NCBI GenBank assembly: GCA_050012475.1
Contig: JBEKHC010000002.1
Location: 44,981-108,980 of the forward strand
Origin: Candidatus Velthaea sp.
GTDB lineage: Bacteria; Vulcanimicrobiota; Vulcanimicrobiia; Vulcanimicrobiales; Vulcanimicrobiaceae
Length of the DNA: 64,000 bases
Direction of reading: 5' to 3'
A program made the position numbers and the translations under genes. The first letter of the stretch is position 1. Every line of letters begins with the position of its first letter. This document shows, piece after piece, positions 45,501 through 53,243 of the stretch. The notes beneath the pieces are model-generated. The model was given only the letters and a program-made list of their open reading frames with translations. It did not search any database and was not told where the DNA came from.

Positions 45501-45618
45501 TGCGCTGGGCTGCACCCACGGGCAGGGCTATTTGTTCTCGCGGCCGCTCAGCACCGCCCATGCGACCGCGTACATCGCGGATGCCGCCGGCGTGAACCGC
45601 CTGCAACCCAGCGTTTAG
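42589..45618 (+). CDS. APC permease-like membrane domain fused to GGDEF-EAL (diguanylate cyclase/phosphodiesterase)
   Basis: About 520 aa of multi-TM region (GFAAPAFE, ERPYRAP). Then HDELTGLANR, FLDLDRFK, ARMGGDEF, FEALIRW and DDFGTGYSSL. Confidence 0.92.
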   Translation: MTGCGVAQSADSAAARHPRVIGWVSTAALALGGSNQSLFLIGALFAGQGAIPGQGSAAVPLLIVGLLLSWAAAPGWTELALLSPNRVGGIAAVCSDAFRPYSLVLSALTGSCYWWGWVPTCGLTAILSASAIQQWFLPSLPVNAIAIALILMFVAVNLSGLRSVAALAIPICSVSSLLAFLSALVPVLTGHVDWHRATTFALTTPFAGWFGSVTSLMAGLYLIGFAAPAFEAATCHVGETIDPVRNVPRAVLASAACAGLYFIVLPVIWLGAVGSGPLGGDLAVELGPTFAPWFGAAAKALAIGFMTFNMLPGTLQPLAGASRTLAQLSEDGIFPRFLARRSKRDVPWIATLVTAAGAISFLLIGDPIWLIAGANFAYLIAICLPSVAVWLLRRDAPHLERPYRAPRGTIGLGLAAAGAWTVSAVLGFEQFGLPTVLIGLVMAYSGGALFLWRKLEDRRRGNLRGIPRSLHVTLTGMMVTVLSLDGGGYFIAINAIAKSDPRVIAGLQDIFVIVALLTIGAGLALPNMIADAATRELGISNATLRRGAAALHTEISERKLAEARLLYAASHDELTGLANRAHFMERFNQLIARVQRTPGHFSAVLFLDLDRFKRINDSLGHMAGDQLLIAVARRLECCLRACDVLARMGGDEFTILLEEVDGESGAAAVAERILADLNLPFQILGREVYASASIGIALTQTGYDSPEDILRDADIAMYRAKDLGKQGYALFAPELLTQAVTLLQLENDLKGALERREFVLYYQPIVSLHDGELRGFEALIRWQHPQRGLINPDEFIPSAEESGAILAIGAWVIEDACRQAACWRAQFDEPEPFAISVNLSAKQFSNGAELLAQIERNLNAFDLDPRFLHVEITESAIMRNPDLATVTLLELRRLGIEVHLDDFGTGYSSLGYLQRFPVDTLKIDRSFISSPSLSSVRNPEIVQTITSLAGSLGLTTTAEGIETAAQLEHLRALGCTHGQGYLFSRPLSTAHATAYIADAAGVNRLQPSV

Positions 45619-45821
45619 CAGACGGCGCCGAGCTTCGGCGCCCGCCGATGCGCGCAAGCCGTTTGATCCGAGTAACTCGCGTTCGCGGTCACGCTCGTCG
45701 CCCGAATACAGGCGAGATCGACGAGCATGACGATGATGAGAAGTGCGACGACGATGGCGGTTTGGACGTAGCGTTCCCGGTAGCGGCTGATTTGCAGCTG
45801 CACGAAAAGCGGGGCCTTCAT
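45615..45821 (-). CDS. Small membrane protein
   Basis: SD GGAG before the ATG. One TM (TAIVVALLIIVMLVDL). 68 aa. Confidence 0.45.
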   Translation of the reverse strand: MKAPLFVQLQISRYRERYVQTAIVVALLIIVMLVDLACIRATSVTANASYSDQTACAHRRAPKLGAVC

Positions 45822-45907
45822 GGTTGGTCTCCGTGATGCGTTTGGGCCGTCCTGCCTGCTGCGCCGCCGGTTGTCGATTGCGGCGGCGCAGCAGGTGGAT
45901 CCGGCGC

Positions 45908-48805
45908 TTAGCTGGCTCGCCGCACCAGCGCTGGCTGGGGCACTTGACTGGAGTCGGCCGGCAGAACCTTGGGCGCAGCAACCGCACCCAAGATCGAGAA
46001 CGGCAGGCTGGGCTCGGCGACGGGGAGCGCCGCTGTCGAGAGCACGCGCAGCGGCTTGGCGCTGACGAACACTTCCGGAGCGTCGTCCCATTTCACCGAA
46101 ACGATGGACTGGATTACGTTGGAGGGCGACAGCGGCGTGTTGACGATGGCGCGCCAACGCACGACTGCCTCGACGCCTGCCGCGACGTCCGCCAAGGTCA
46201 GTCCTTCGGAACTGAAGAGCAGCGACGTTCCCGCGTGATCTTGCAGCGCGATGCCGTTGACGGTGGTGCTTCCGTGCGCATACACGGCGTCGGTGAGAGA
46301 CGTGACGCGCGCGTTGAGCCGGTGCGCCGTGCCGTTGCCGCTATTGCGCATCGAGAGCGTGTAGATGATCTCCCCGCCGGCGTCGATGCTGGCAAGCGGT
46401 ACGGTCGAAAGTGTCGTCTCCTCGAACGACGGTTCGGCATGCGTATCGAGGTCGATCGCCGTTAGGTTGACCGGCATGAGGTTGGTCGCGCTCAACCGCG
46501 CTCCGATGTGAAGGCGATCGCCCATGCTGCCGATCAGGCGCAGGCAAACTTCGACCTCGCGCGTTTCCCCAGCTGGAATGTCACCGAAATTGACCGCTTC
46601 TCCGTCGGCGGCTTCACCTTTGACGAGTTCGAGCTTCAGCTCGGGCGGCAGCAGCAGCGTCACGCGAACCGCGCGTCCGCGGTCGGTTCCTTCGTTTTTG
46701 AGCACCAGCCGCGCTCGGACGAGGCCGCGATACCGCAGCGGTTCGTCGCTGTCGACCACGATATTCGAGGTAGCGATGGAAAATGCGGGTGCCGAATCGA
46801 CGACGTTGATCACGGGCCCGAGTTCGACGCGCGTCGTTTGCGCCGTCAAGAGGGCCGCGCTCAAGCGCAGTTCGGTTTGATCTTCGATCACGGCGGCAAC
46901 CCGACCGTCGATCCGGAACGAACGTGACATCCCCGGCTTGATCGTGCCGAGTTGGACCGCGCCCTCGCTCAAGAGTTCGAGTTCGTTGTCGCGTTCGCGA
47001 AACCGCAGGTGTTCGATTCCGCCGGCAGCGGTGAACTCCAGCTGCACCTGGGTCGCGCTGTCGGTTCCGGTGTTATGCAGGGTGAGCTTGTATGAGAGAA
47101 CACTCGAGGGCAGGACGCGTTGGGGCGTCTCCCGCTCGAGCTTGTTGAAGCTCAACGGGAAGCGCGCGGCGGAACGGGCGGTTACGGTGCGCTCGAATTC
47201 CCGCTTGCCGTTCGACCACGCGATGGTTGAAACCACGCGCAATTCGCGGCCATCGGTGATCGGCGACTTCACGTTGGCAGTTAGCGCGAGCCGAACGGTT
47301 TCACCGGGTGCGAGATCGGCGAGCCGGACCGCGCCCGACGCGATGTCGTGATCGACCGTCGATACGCCGTCGATGGTCAGTGAGCCGGGGATGTACGACA
47401 ATCCGTCCGGCAGCGAGATCGCGAAGGAGAAGTCGCGCGCAACCGCAGTCCCGACGTTCTTGGCGCAGCCCGTGATTCGGATGTGATCCCCCGGTTTCAC
47501 CTCGTCGGCGGATTCGAGCCGAACGGTGGTTTCGGCGTCATCGAAGGCCGCGGCGGACGAGATCGCGAGCGCAGCCGCCGGCAGCGCGAACTGACCGACT
47601 TCCTGCGAGCACACGGAGCCGTCCGCTGAGATGATGGTTCCGTCTTCGAGCGGCGAGTCGATGCGCACCCGGTATCCCATATCGACCGTTTCGCCGGGCT
47701 CGAGCGTCTCGGCGACCACGATGCGTCGCGCGGAACCAAAGGTCTGACCTTGCGTCTGCGGCGTGAACAGCCGCCCCCCGACGGTCGCGCTTTGGGGGAC
47801 GAACGTCGTGTGTTCGGGCACGGGCAGCAGCGCCACGACTTCGTGCGCGGTGCTCTGTCCAGAGTTGTGAAGGCGGGCGTTGATGCGAAGCTCGGCGCCC
47901 GGGACCGCGTCTTTGACCGCGGTGAGCGAGAGCGACGTCTGCGTATTTTCAAGCTGCGGAAAGCTGCGGACGGTCAAGCGCACGATGTTGGTCCCGATTA
48001 CCGGCACCTTGGGCGACGCGACCGCTGCTTGAATCGTCACTTGGCTGCCGTCTTCGATCACGTCGGCAACGCGATAGGCAAGGCCGAGCCGCCGTTCGCC
48101 GCCGGCGGGAATATCACCGATCTCGGCTCCCAGCTGTTGCGCGAACGGCGTCTGGCCGTCACGATCTTCGAGCGGGACGCCGTCGATCCGGGCGCTGCCG
48201 GGCACGTATGCAAGCTCGACGGGCAGTCCGAACCGAACGCGAAAGCCGGTGGCCGCAGCCCCGCCCAGGTTGCGAAAGGTGAACGCGGCGTGCACGACCA
48301 TGCCCGGCTCGATCGTCCGATTCGGGGACACTTCCAGCGTTCGCAGGCCCTCGGGCAGATGGATTTTTTCGAGGGGAAGCGACACGGGAATGAGCGCGTT
48401 CGCCTGCAGTTCTTTCACGTACGATGTCCTTTCAAAAGCGGTCGTATTCGAGCGGGCTGACCAGACCTCGTGGAATGTGGGGAGCGTTTCGACAGGCGCC
48501 GCCGGCGGGAGCTCCTGCCTTTGCGCATCGATGGTATCATTCGGTACAACGAGTTCGGTATGTCGATCGATCTCACGCATTCGTGGCGAAAGTCTTGCAT
48601 TCGTTTGCGTGACGGGCGTCGCAGGAGGCGTCACGTCCTTGAGCCCCAGTTCGATCTCTGCGGGATTGAGGGCCGGGCGCTTTTGAGTTTCTGCGAAAAC
48701 GAGCGTGCTTGACGGATGGATGGTGAACCAATACACCGAGATAACGAAAATGCCGAGAATGATCGCGTAAAAGATAAGGAGCACCGTCAGCTCGGGCAAG
48801 CTCAT
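45908..48805 (-). CDS. Membrane-anchored DUF11-like Ig-repeat protein
   Basis: N-terminal TM and about 6 repeats of the type PG-x-I/V-x-Y…N-x-G…A…YVPGS-x-x-IDG. Confidence 0.8.
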   Translation of the reverse strand: MSLPELTVLLIFYAIILGIFVISVYWFTIHPSSTLVFAETQKRPALNPAEIELGLKDVTPPATPVTQTNARLSPRMREIDRHTELVVPNDTIDAQRQELPPAAPVETLPTFHEVWSARSNTTAFERTSYVKELQANALIPVSLPLEKIHLPEGLRTLEVSPNRTIEPGMVVHAAFTFRNLGGAAATGFRVRFGLPVELAYVPGSARIDGVPLEDRDGQTPFAQQLGAEIGDIPAGGERRLGLAYRVADVIEDGSQVTIQAAVASPKVPVIGTNIVRLTVRSFPQLENTQTSLSLTAVKDAVPGAELRINARLHNSGQSTAHEVVALLPVPEHTTFVPQSATVGGRLFTPQTQGQTFGSARRIVVAETLEPGETVDMGYRVRIDSPLEDGTIISADGSVCSQEVGQFALPAAALAISSAAAFDDAETTVRLESADEVKPGDHIRITGCAKNVGTAVARDFSFAISLPDGLSYIPGSLTIDGVSTVDHDIASGAVRLADLAPGETVRLALTANVKSPITDGRELRVVSTIAWSNGKREFERTVTARSAARFPLSFNKLERETPQRVLPSSVLSYKLTLHNTGTDSATQVQLEFTAAGGIEHLRFRERDNELELLSEGAVQLGTIKPGMSRSFRIDGRVAAVIEDQTELRLSAALLTAQTTRVELGPVINVVDSAPAFSIATSNIVVDSDEPLRYRGLVRARLVLKNEGTDRGRAVRVTLLLPPELKLELVKGEAADGEAVNFGDIPAGETREVEVCLRLIGSMGDRLHIGARLSATNLMPVNLTAIDLDTHAEPSFEETTLSTVPLASIDAGGEIIYTLSMRNSGNGTAHRLNARVTSLTDAVYAHGSTTVNGIALQDHAGTSLLFSSEGLTLADVAAGVEAVVRWRAIVNTPLSPSNVIQSIVSVKWDDAPEVFVSAKPLRVLSTAALPVAEPSLPFSILGAVAAPKVLPADSSQVPQPALVRRAS

Positions 48806-48992
48806 GAGCGTGAGCCTAACATACCGAAGGTTCGCCGGTCATAGGCGAGCGACAGTGTTTGCATGGGACGTGCGGGCTTGTACATCGGGCATTTCGAACG
48901 TCCGGCAGCGAGCCGCCCGGGGCGTGGTCCGCGTCCAGGCAAGCTTCCGGCGCTCGCCCTTGAATGCCCAGGCACGCACTTGCGGCTGGGGG

Positions 48993-50459
48993 ATGAGTAT
49001 GACCGTACAAGGCTCCATAGGCGCGATCCGCCACGCGCATCTGGTTTTGCGGCCGGACGCTTCGCGCGTGCTGTTTCGGCCGTTTCGTCTCGATGCGTTG
49101 CGCGAACTCAAAGTCGTGGCCCGCGTCGTGGCTCTCTCGGAACCGGCCGTGCAAGCCCGGTTGGCCGAGGTTCTCTCGGATTTCGACGAACGCCGCAGCA
49201 AAGCGCGCGCGTTCTTTCTCGAGCAGTTCGAGGCAGTGCAGTCGCGCCTATTGACCGACGAACCGCTTAGCGAAGAACGGCGGCTGCTGATCGGCTCTTA
49301 TTTCACCCAGGAGTACTCGCTCGAATCGGCCGCGCTCTTCAATCCTTCGCTCGTGCCGCACTGGGACCAATCCGGATTGGCACCCGATTCGCTGCGCTTC
49401 ATCGTCAGCTTGCGCGCGATCGGGGAAGGACATTTGTCCTCGATCACATTTCGCAGCGGAACCGTCAACGCGCACGGACTCATCGAAGTCGAACCGCCGG
49501 TGCGATTCGTCACGGCGCCCACGATCATTCCCACGGCGGCGTACGACAAAGTGCTCTTCGCGCGCAAATTACAAGAGATCGGCTCCTATACCGATCTGAG
49601 CGGAGTGATCCTCGACACGCTCGGCGACCCGTTCTCGTTCGATGATCTCCAGTCGGCGGTCGATGCTGCTTCGCGCCGGTTGGGTCAAAACTCCGACAAC
49701 TATCCCGAATTGCGCGCCATCTTGCTGCTCGCGCGCTCGAACTACTCGATCGGCTTTTCGCCCGACCAGGCGCTTTCGGCGCGCGTGATCTTTCCGCAAG
49801 GTCCGACCGAGATCGCCGGCATCGAAGATGCGCGCTTCGTTCACTTCCATGAAGAAGACGGCAAGACGGCGTACTACGCCACGTACAGCGCGTACGACGG
49901 GCGGGTGGTGATACCCCAGCTTTTGGAAACCGAGGATTTCCTGAGCTTCCGCATGAGCACGCTCAACGGCCCAGGGATCGCGAACAAAGGCATCGCGCTC
50001 TTTCCGCGAAAAATCGGCGGACAGTACGTGATGCTGGGGCGGCAAGACAACGAGAATATTTACCTCATGTTTTCCGACGCGCTGCATTTCTGGTACAAAT
50101 CGCAGCTGTTGCTCCGCCCCACCTATCCGTGGGAATTCGTCCAGATGGGCAACTGCGGTTCACCGATCGAAACCGACGCCGGTTGGCTGGTCCTCAGTCA
50201 CGGTGTCGGACCCTCGCGAAAATATTCGATCGGTGCATTTCTGCTCGACCGGGACGATCCGACCAAGGTGCTGGGCCGACTGCGGGAACCGTTGCTGACC
50301 CCCAACCAAGGCGAACGCGTGGGCTACGTCCCCAACGTCCTGTACAGCTGCGGCGCGATCGTGCACAACGGCATCCTGGTGCTGCCGTACGCGATGTCGG
50401 ACTACGCCAGTACCTTCGCGACCCTGCGCGTCAGCGATCTGCTCGACGCGCTGACTTGA
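48993..50459 (+). CDS. Glycoside hydrolase family 130 (long form)
   Basis: EYSLESAALFNPS, GIEDARFV, NKGIALFPRKI, GNCGSPIET and GYVPNVLYSCG. Confidence 0.9.
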   Translation: MSMTVQGSIGAIRHAHLVLRPDASRVLFRPFRLDALRELKVVARVVALSEPAVQARLAEVLSDFDERRSKARAFFLEQFEAVQSRLLTDEPLSEERRLLIGSYFTQEYSLESAALFNPSLVPHWDQSGLAPDSLRFIVSLRAIGEGHLSSITFRSGTVNAHGLIEVEPPVRFVTAPTIIPTAAYDKVLFARKLQEIGSYTDLSGVILDTLGDPFSFDDLQSAVDAASRRLGQNSDNYPELRAILLLARSNYSIGFSPDQALSARVIFPQGPTEIAGIEDARFVHFHEEDGKTAYYATYSAYDGRVVIPQLLETEDFLSFRMSTLNGPGIANKGIALFPRKIGGQYVMLGRQDNENIYLMFSDALHFWYKSQLLLRPTYPWEFVQMGNCGSPIETDAGWLVLSHGVGPSRKYSIGAFLLDRDDPTKVLGRLREPLLTPNQGERVGYVPNVLYSCGAIVHNGILVLPYAMSDYASTFATLRVSDLLDALT

Positions 50460-50539
50460 CCCCAAACCCGGCCAGCTTCCTTGCTTTCTCCGTTGAACGC
50501 GGACAGTTGAGGCCGCAGCGCGAACACGTCGCTCCAGCG

Positions 50540-51559
50540 ATGCAAACAAACGAACGATCGACCTCGACCTCGACGACGTCCCAACTGCCCGAGGCGCAAA
50601 CGCAGCGCCGAATCGTGCTTGCGAATCCGCGCGGCTTTTGCGCCGGCGTCGAGCGTGCGATCGACACGGTCGACGAGTTGCTGGATATTTACGGCGCACC
50701 GATTTACGTGCGCAAGGAGATCGTCCACAACCGCGACGTCGTCGACGGGTTTCGGGCCAAAGGCGTGGTGTTCGTCGAGGAAGTCGCAGAGGCGCCGGAC
50801 GGTTCCGTGCTGGTGTTCAGCGCGCACGGGATCTCGCCCGAGGTGCGGCGCGAGGCCCGCGAGCGGCGGCTCACCGTCGTCGATGCCACCTGCCCGCTCG
50901 TTACGAAGGTGCATCTCGAAGCGCTGCGGTACGCCGCCGACGGGTGCTTCTTACTGCTGGTCGGACACGCCAATCACGACGAGATCGTCGGCACGCTCGG
51001 GCACGTTCCCGGCGGCATCGCGCTCGTGGAAAACTTGCACGACGCCCAAACCGTAACGGTCCCCGACTCGCAGCGAGTGGCGCTCATCACGCAAACGACG
51101 CTGGGCGTCGATGACACGCGCGATATCATCGCGACATTGAAGCAACGCTTTCCCGCGCTGCGCGAACCGGCCCGCAGCGATATCTGCTATGCCACGACCA
51201 ATCGCCAATCCGCGGTGAAGGAGCTGGCGCGCATCGCCGGCGTCGTGGTCGTGGTCGGTTCGCAAAGCAGCTCGAACTCGCAGCGTCTGCGCGACCTCGC
51301 CGCCCAGTCGGGCGCGGCGGCCTATATGGTGGATGCGGCCGACCAATTGGAGGCTGCCTGGTTTGCCGGACCTCAAACCATCGGCGTGACCGCCGGCGCT
51401 TCGTCGCCCGAGACGCTCGTCCGCCGGATCATCGAGCGCATCGGCGAACTCTGCGGTTCAGCGACGCTTGAAGAGATCGGCAAGCCCGAACCGGCGATCG
51501 TCTTCTCGCCGCCGCGCGAGATGGCCGATCTGCCGCGCGGAAAAGGCCCGACGGCTTAA
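50540..51559 (+). CDS. ispH: 4-hydroxy-3-methylbut-2-enyl diphosphate reductase
   Basis: PRGFCAGVERAI, EIVHN, DATCPLVTKVH, ICYATTNRQ, SSNS and VTAGAS. Confidence 0.96.
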   Translation: MQTNERSTSTSTTSQLPEAQTQRRIVLANPRGFCAGVERAIDTVDELLDIYGAPIYVRKEIVHNRDVVDGFRAKGVVFVEEVAEAPDGSVLVFSAHGISPEVRREARERRLTVVDATCPLVTKVHLEALRYAADGCFLLLVGHANHDEIVGTLGHVPGGIALVENLHDAQTVTVPDSQRVALITQTTLGVDDTRDIIATLKQRFPALREPARSDICYATTNRQSAVKELARIAGVVVVVGSQSSSNSQRLRDLAAQSGAAAYMVDAADQLEAAWFAGPQTIGVTAGASSPETLVRRIIERIGELCGSATLEEIGKPEPAIVFSPPREMADLPRGKGPTA

Positions 51560-51595
51560 GCCGCCGGGCAATCGAGCGGAGCAGCCGTTCCGGCT

Positions 51596-51985
51596 TTATT
51601 CGCTCTGCAGCATCTGTTTCGCGAGCGCCCAGTATTCCGCATCACGCCCCTGCGGCTCGCCGGCGTGCTTCCACAAATGGTAGGCCTGTTCGCGAATTTG
51701 ATCTTCGCCAACCGGTGTGCGGCTCGCGGTGACCGGCGCTGCCGGCACGTCGCTGCGCGGGGCGTCGGCTTTTGCGGATGCCTCGGCGACGTCGCCGCGC
51801 ACCGCCCGCACCTTGCCGGACGTTACCGCAGTCCCAATGGTCACCGAGTCCGCCTTCGCAGACGTGTCGACTTCACCGCGCGTCGCGTCGACCTTGGCAA
51901 CGGGTTGGGCCTGCGGTTCCATCGCTTCCGCCGGCGTCGCTGAGACTTCTGTCGCAGCTGTTTTCTTTTTTCGTTTGGCAGCCAT
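51596..51985 (-). CDS. DUF2934-domain protein with disordered N-terminus
   Basis: C-terminal EDQIREQAYHLWKHAGEPQGRDAEYWALA. Confidence 0.8.
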   Translation of the reverse strand: MAAKRKKKTAATEVSATPAEAMEPQAQPVAKVDATRGEVDTSAKADSVTIGTAVTSGKVRAVRGDVAEASAKADAPRSDVPAAPVTASRTPVGEDQIREQAYHLWKHAGEPQGRDAEYWALAKQMLQSE

Positions 51986-52113
51986 GTATGGAGAAACGTA
52001 GCCGACCGCGGTTCGTTTCGCGCGAGATTCCCGGTCGCGCGACGAGGTTCTGTCGGGAAAGCTCGCTAACTGGCTGGAAATTGCCGTGTCTACGCCTTTT
52101 CGAAAGGGGTCTG

Positions 52114-52485
52114 ATGACAAACCAAGCGCGTTTTCTTACCGTCGTAGCTTCATTGACCGGTGTCCTTGCCGTAGCAGCAGGGTCAGCCTCGTTCGCAACG
52201 TCGACCAACGCACCGTCAGCGGTGCAAGTGATCGCTGACGCACCCGCAGCCGGCAACGCGGCAAACGGCAAGAAGTTGTTCGCCGCCAACTGCGCGAGCT
52301 GCCATGGTGCGACCGGGACCGAAGGCGGCGTCGGGCCGAGCCTCAAGGGGGAGAAGAGCAAGAAGAACACGGCCGCGGCCGTCGCGTGGATCAAAGATCC
52401 GAAGCCGCCGATGCCCAAGCTGTTCCCCTCCCCGCTCAGCGCCAAAGACGTCAACGACGTCGCAGCGTACGTCGAGTCGCTGTAG
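52114..52485 (+). CDS. Exported class I c-type cytochrome
   Basis: Signal peptide, GKKLFAANCASCHG, GPSL, distal Met in PPMP and DVAAYV. Confidence 0.92.
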   Translation: MTNQARFLTVVASLTGVLAVAAGSASFATSTNAPSAVQVIADAPAAGNAANGKKLFAANCASCHGATGTEGGVGPSLKGEKSKKNTAAAVAWIKDPKPPMPKLFPSPLSAKDVNDVAAYVESL

Positions 52486-52919
52486 CACCCGACCCTTCGC
52501 GAAAAGCCTGATCCGGTCAGGCGGATTCCGCGGCCGGCGCCTTGCAGCGCCGGTCGTTTTCCTTGGTTCGGGCCTGCGTGTCCAGAGATCGCGAAGCGGA
52601 CACGGGCCGACGCCCGAACGGCGGCTCGCCGTCGAGCACTTCCGCGGCGAGCCGGACCGAGATCTCGCCGAACGGCAGCGCCAGGCTGTCGCCGCTGGCG
52701 GCCGCGATGCCCGCGCACGAGTTCCGCCGGTACCGATCCACATCGCAATCCATACGAGCGGCTTGAAGCAGATCGCGAAAACACCGCTCATCAGTGACCA
52801 CCCTTCGAAGGCTTCCGAAGGCGCGGAGTGCTGCTTGGCCCACAAATTTGCGACGAAACGCGCATCTAGGCCGCCATCGCGCGCTTCACGCATATCAGGA
52901 ATGCTCTTATTTTAGGCCG

Positions 52920-52962
52920 GGACGTCGTCGCTGCGTAGCTTGCTGAAGCAAACTTCGCCGCT
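52920..52962. repeat. Dispersed intergenic repeat, copy 2
   Basis: Shares 13-bp and 23-bp identical blocks with 29859-29905. Confidence 0.75.
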
Positions 52963-52976
52963 GACGGGAGGTTTCG

Positions 52977-53143
52977 TGACGCGCGCCGGAACGACGACGT
53001 GTTCAAAGTGTTTTAGCGATCTGACCAATCACTCGCATTTCTGTCGCCGAACGAGTGCGCCCCTTGACGGCGATCCATTGACCGACCGTTGTCTAACAGA
53101 CGGGCTGATCGGACGGAGCCGCGCTACTGAGAGAGTAGCGTGA
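52977..53143 (+). pseudogene. Short degenerate zinc-ribbon ORF
   Basis: GGGAGG SD + GTG. CSKCFSDLTNHSHFCRRTSAPL resembles CxxC…FCxxCG but lacks the fourth Cys. Confidence 0.35.
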
Positions 53144-53243
53144 TACACGATCGGGCGGCCACCGGCAGGCCGAGAAAAATGGACTTCGTGCGGGCGCCAG
53201 ACGGTCAGTTCGGGCAAAGATTTGGCGAAGTGGTACGCTGCAC

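Noticed and set aside
52500..52915. ORFs downstream of cytochrome c (e.g. 52517-52843 minus)
   Set aside because: No convincing start, SD or family motif.
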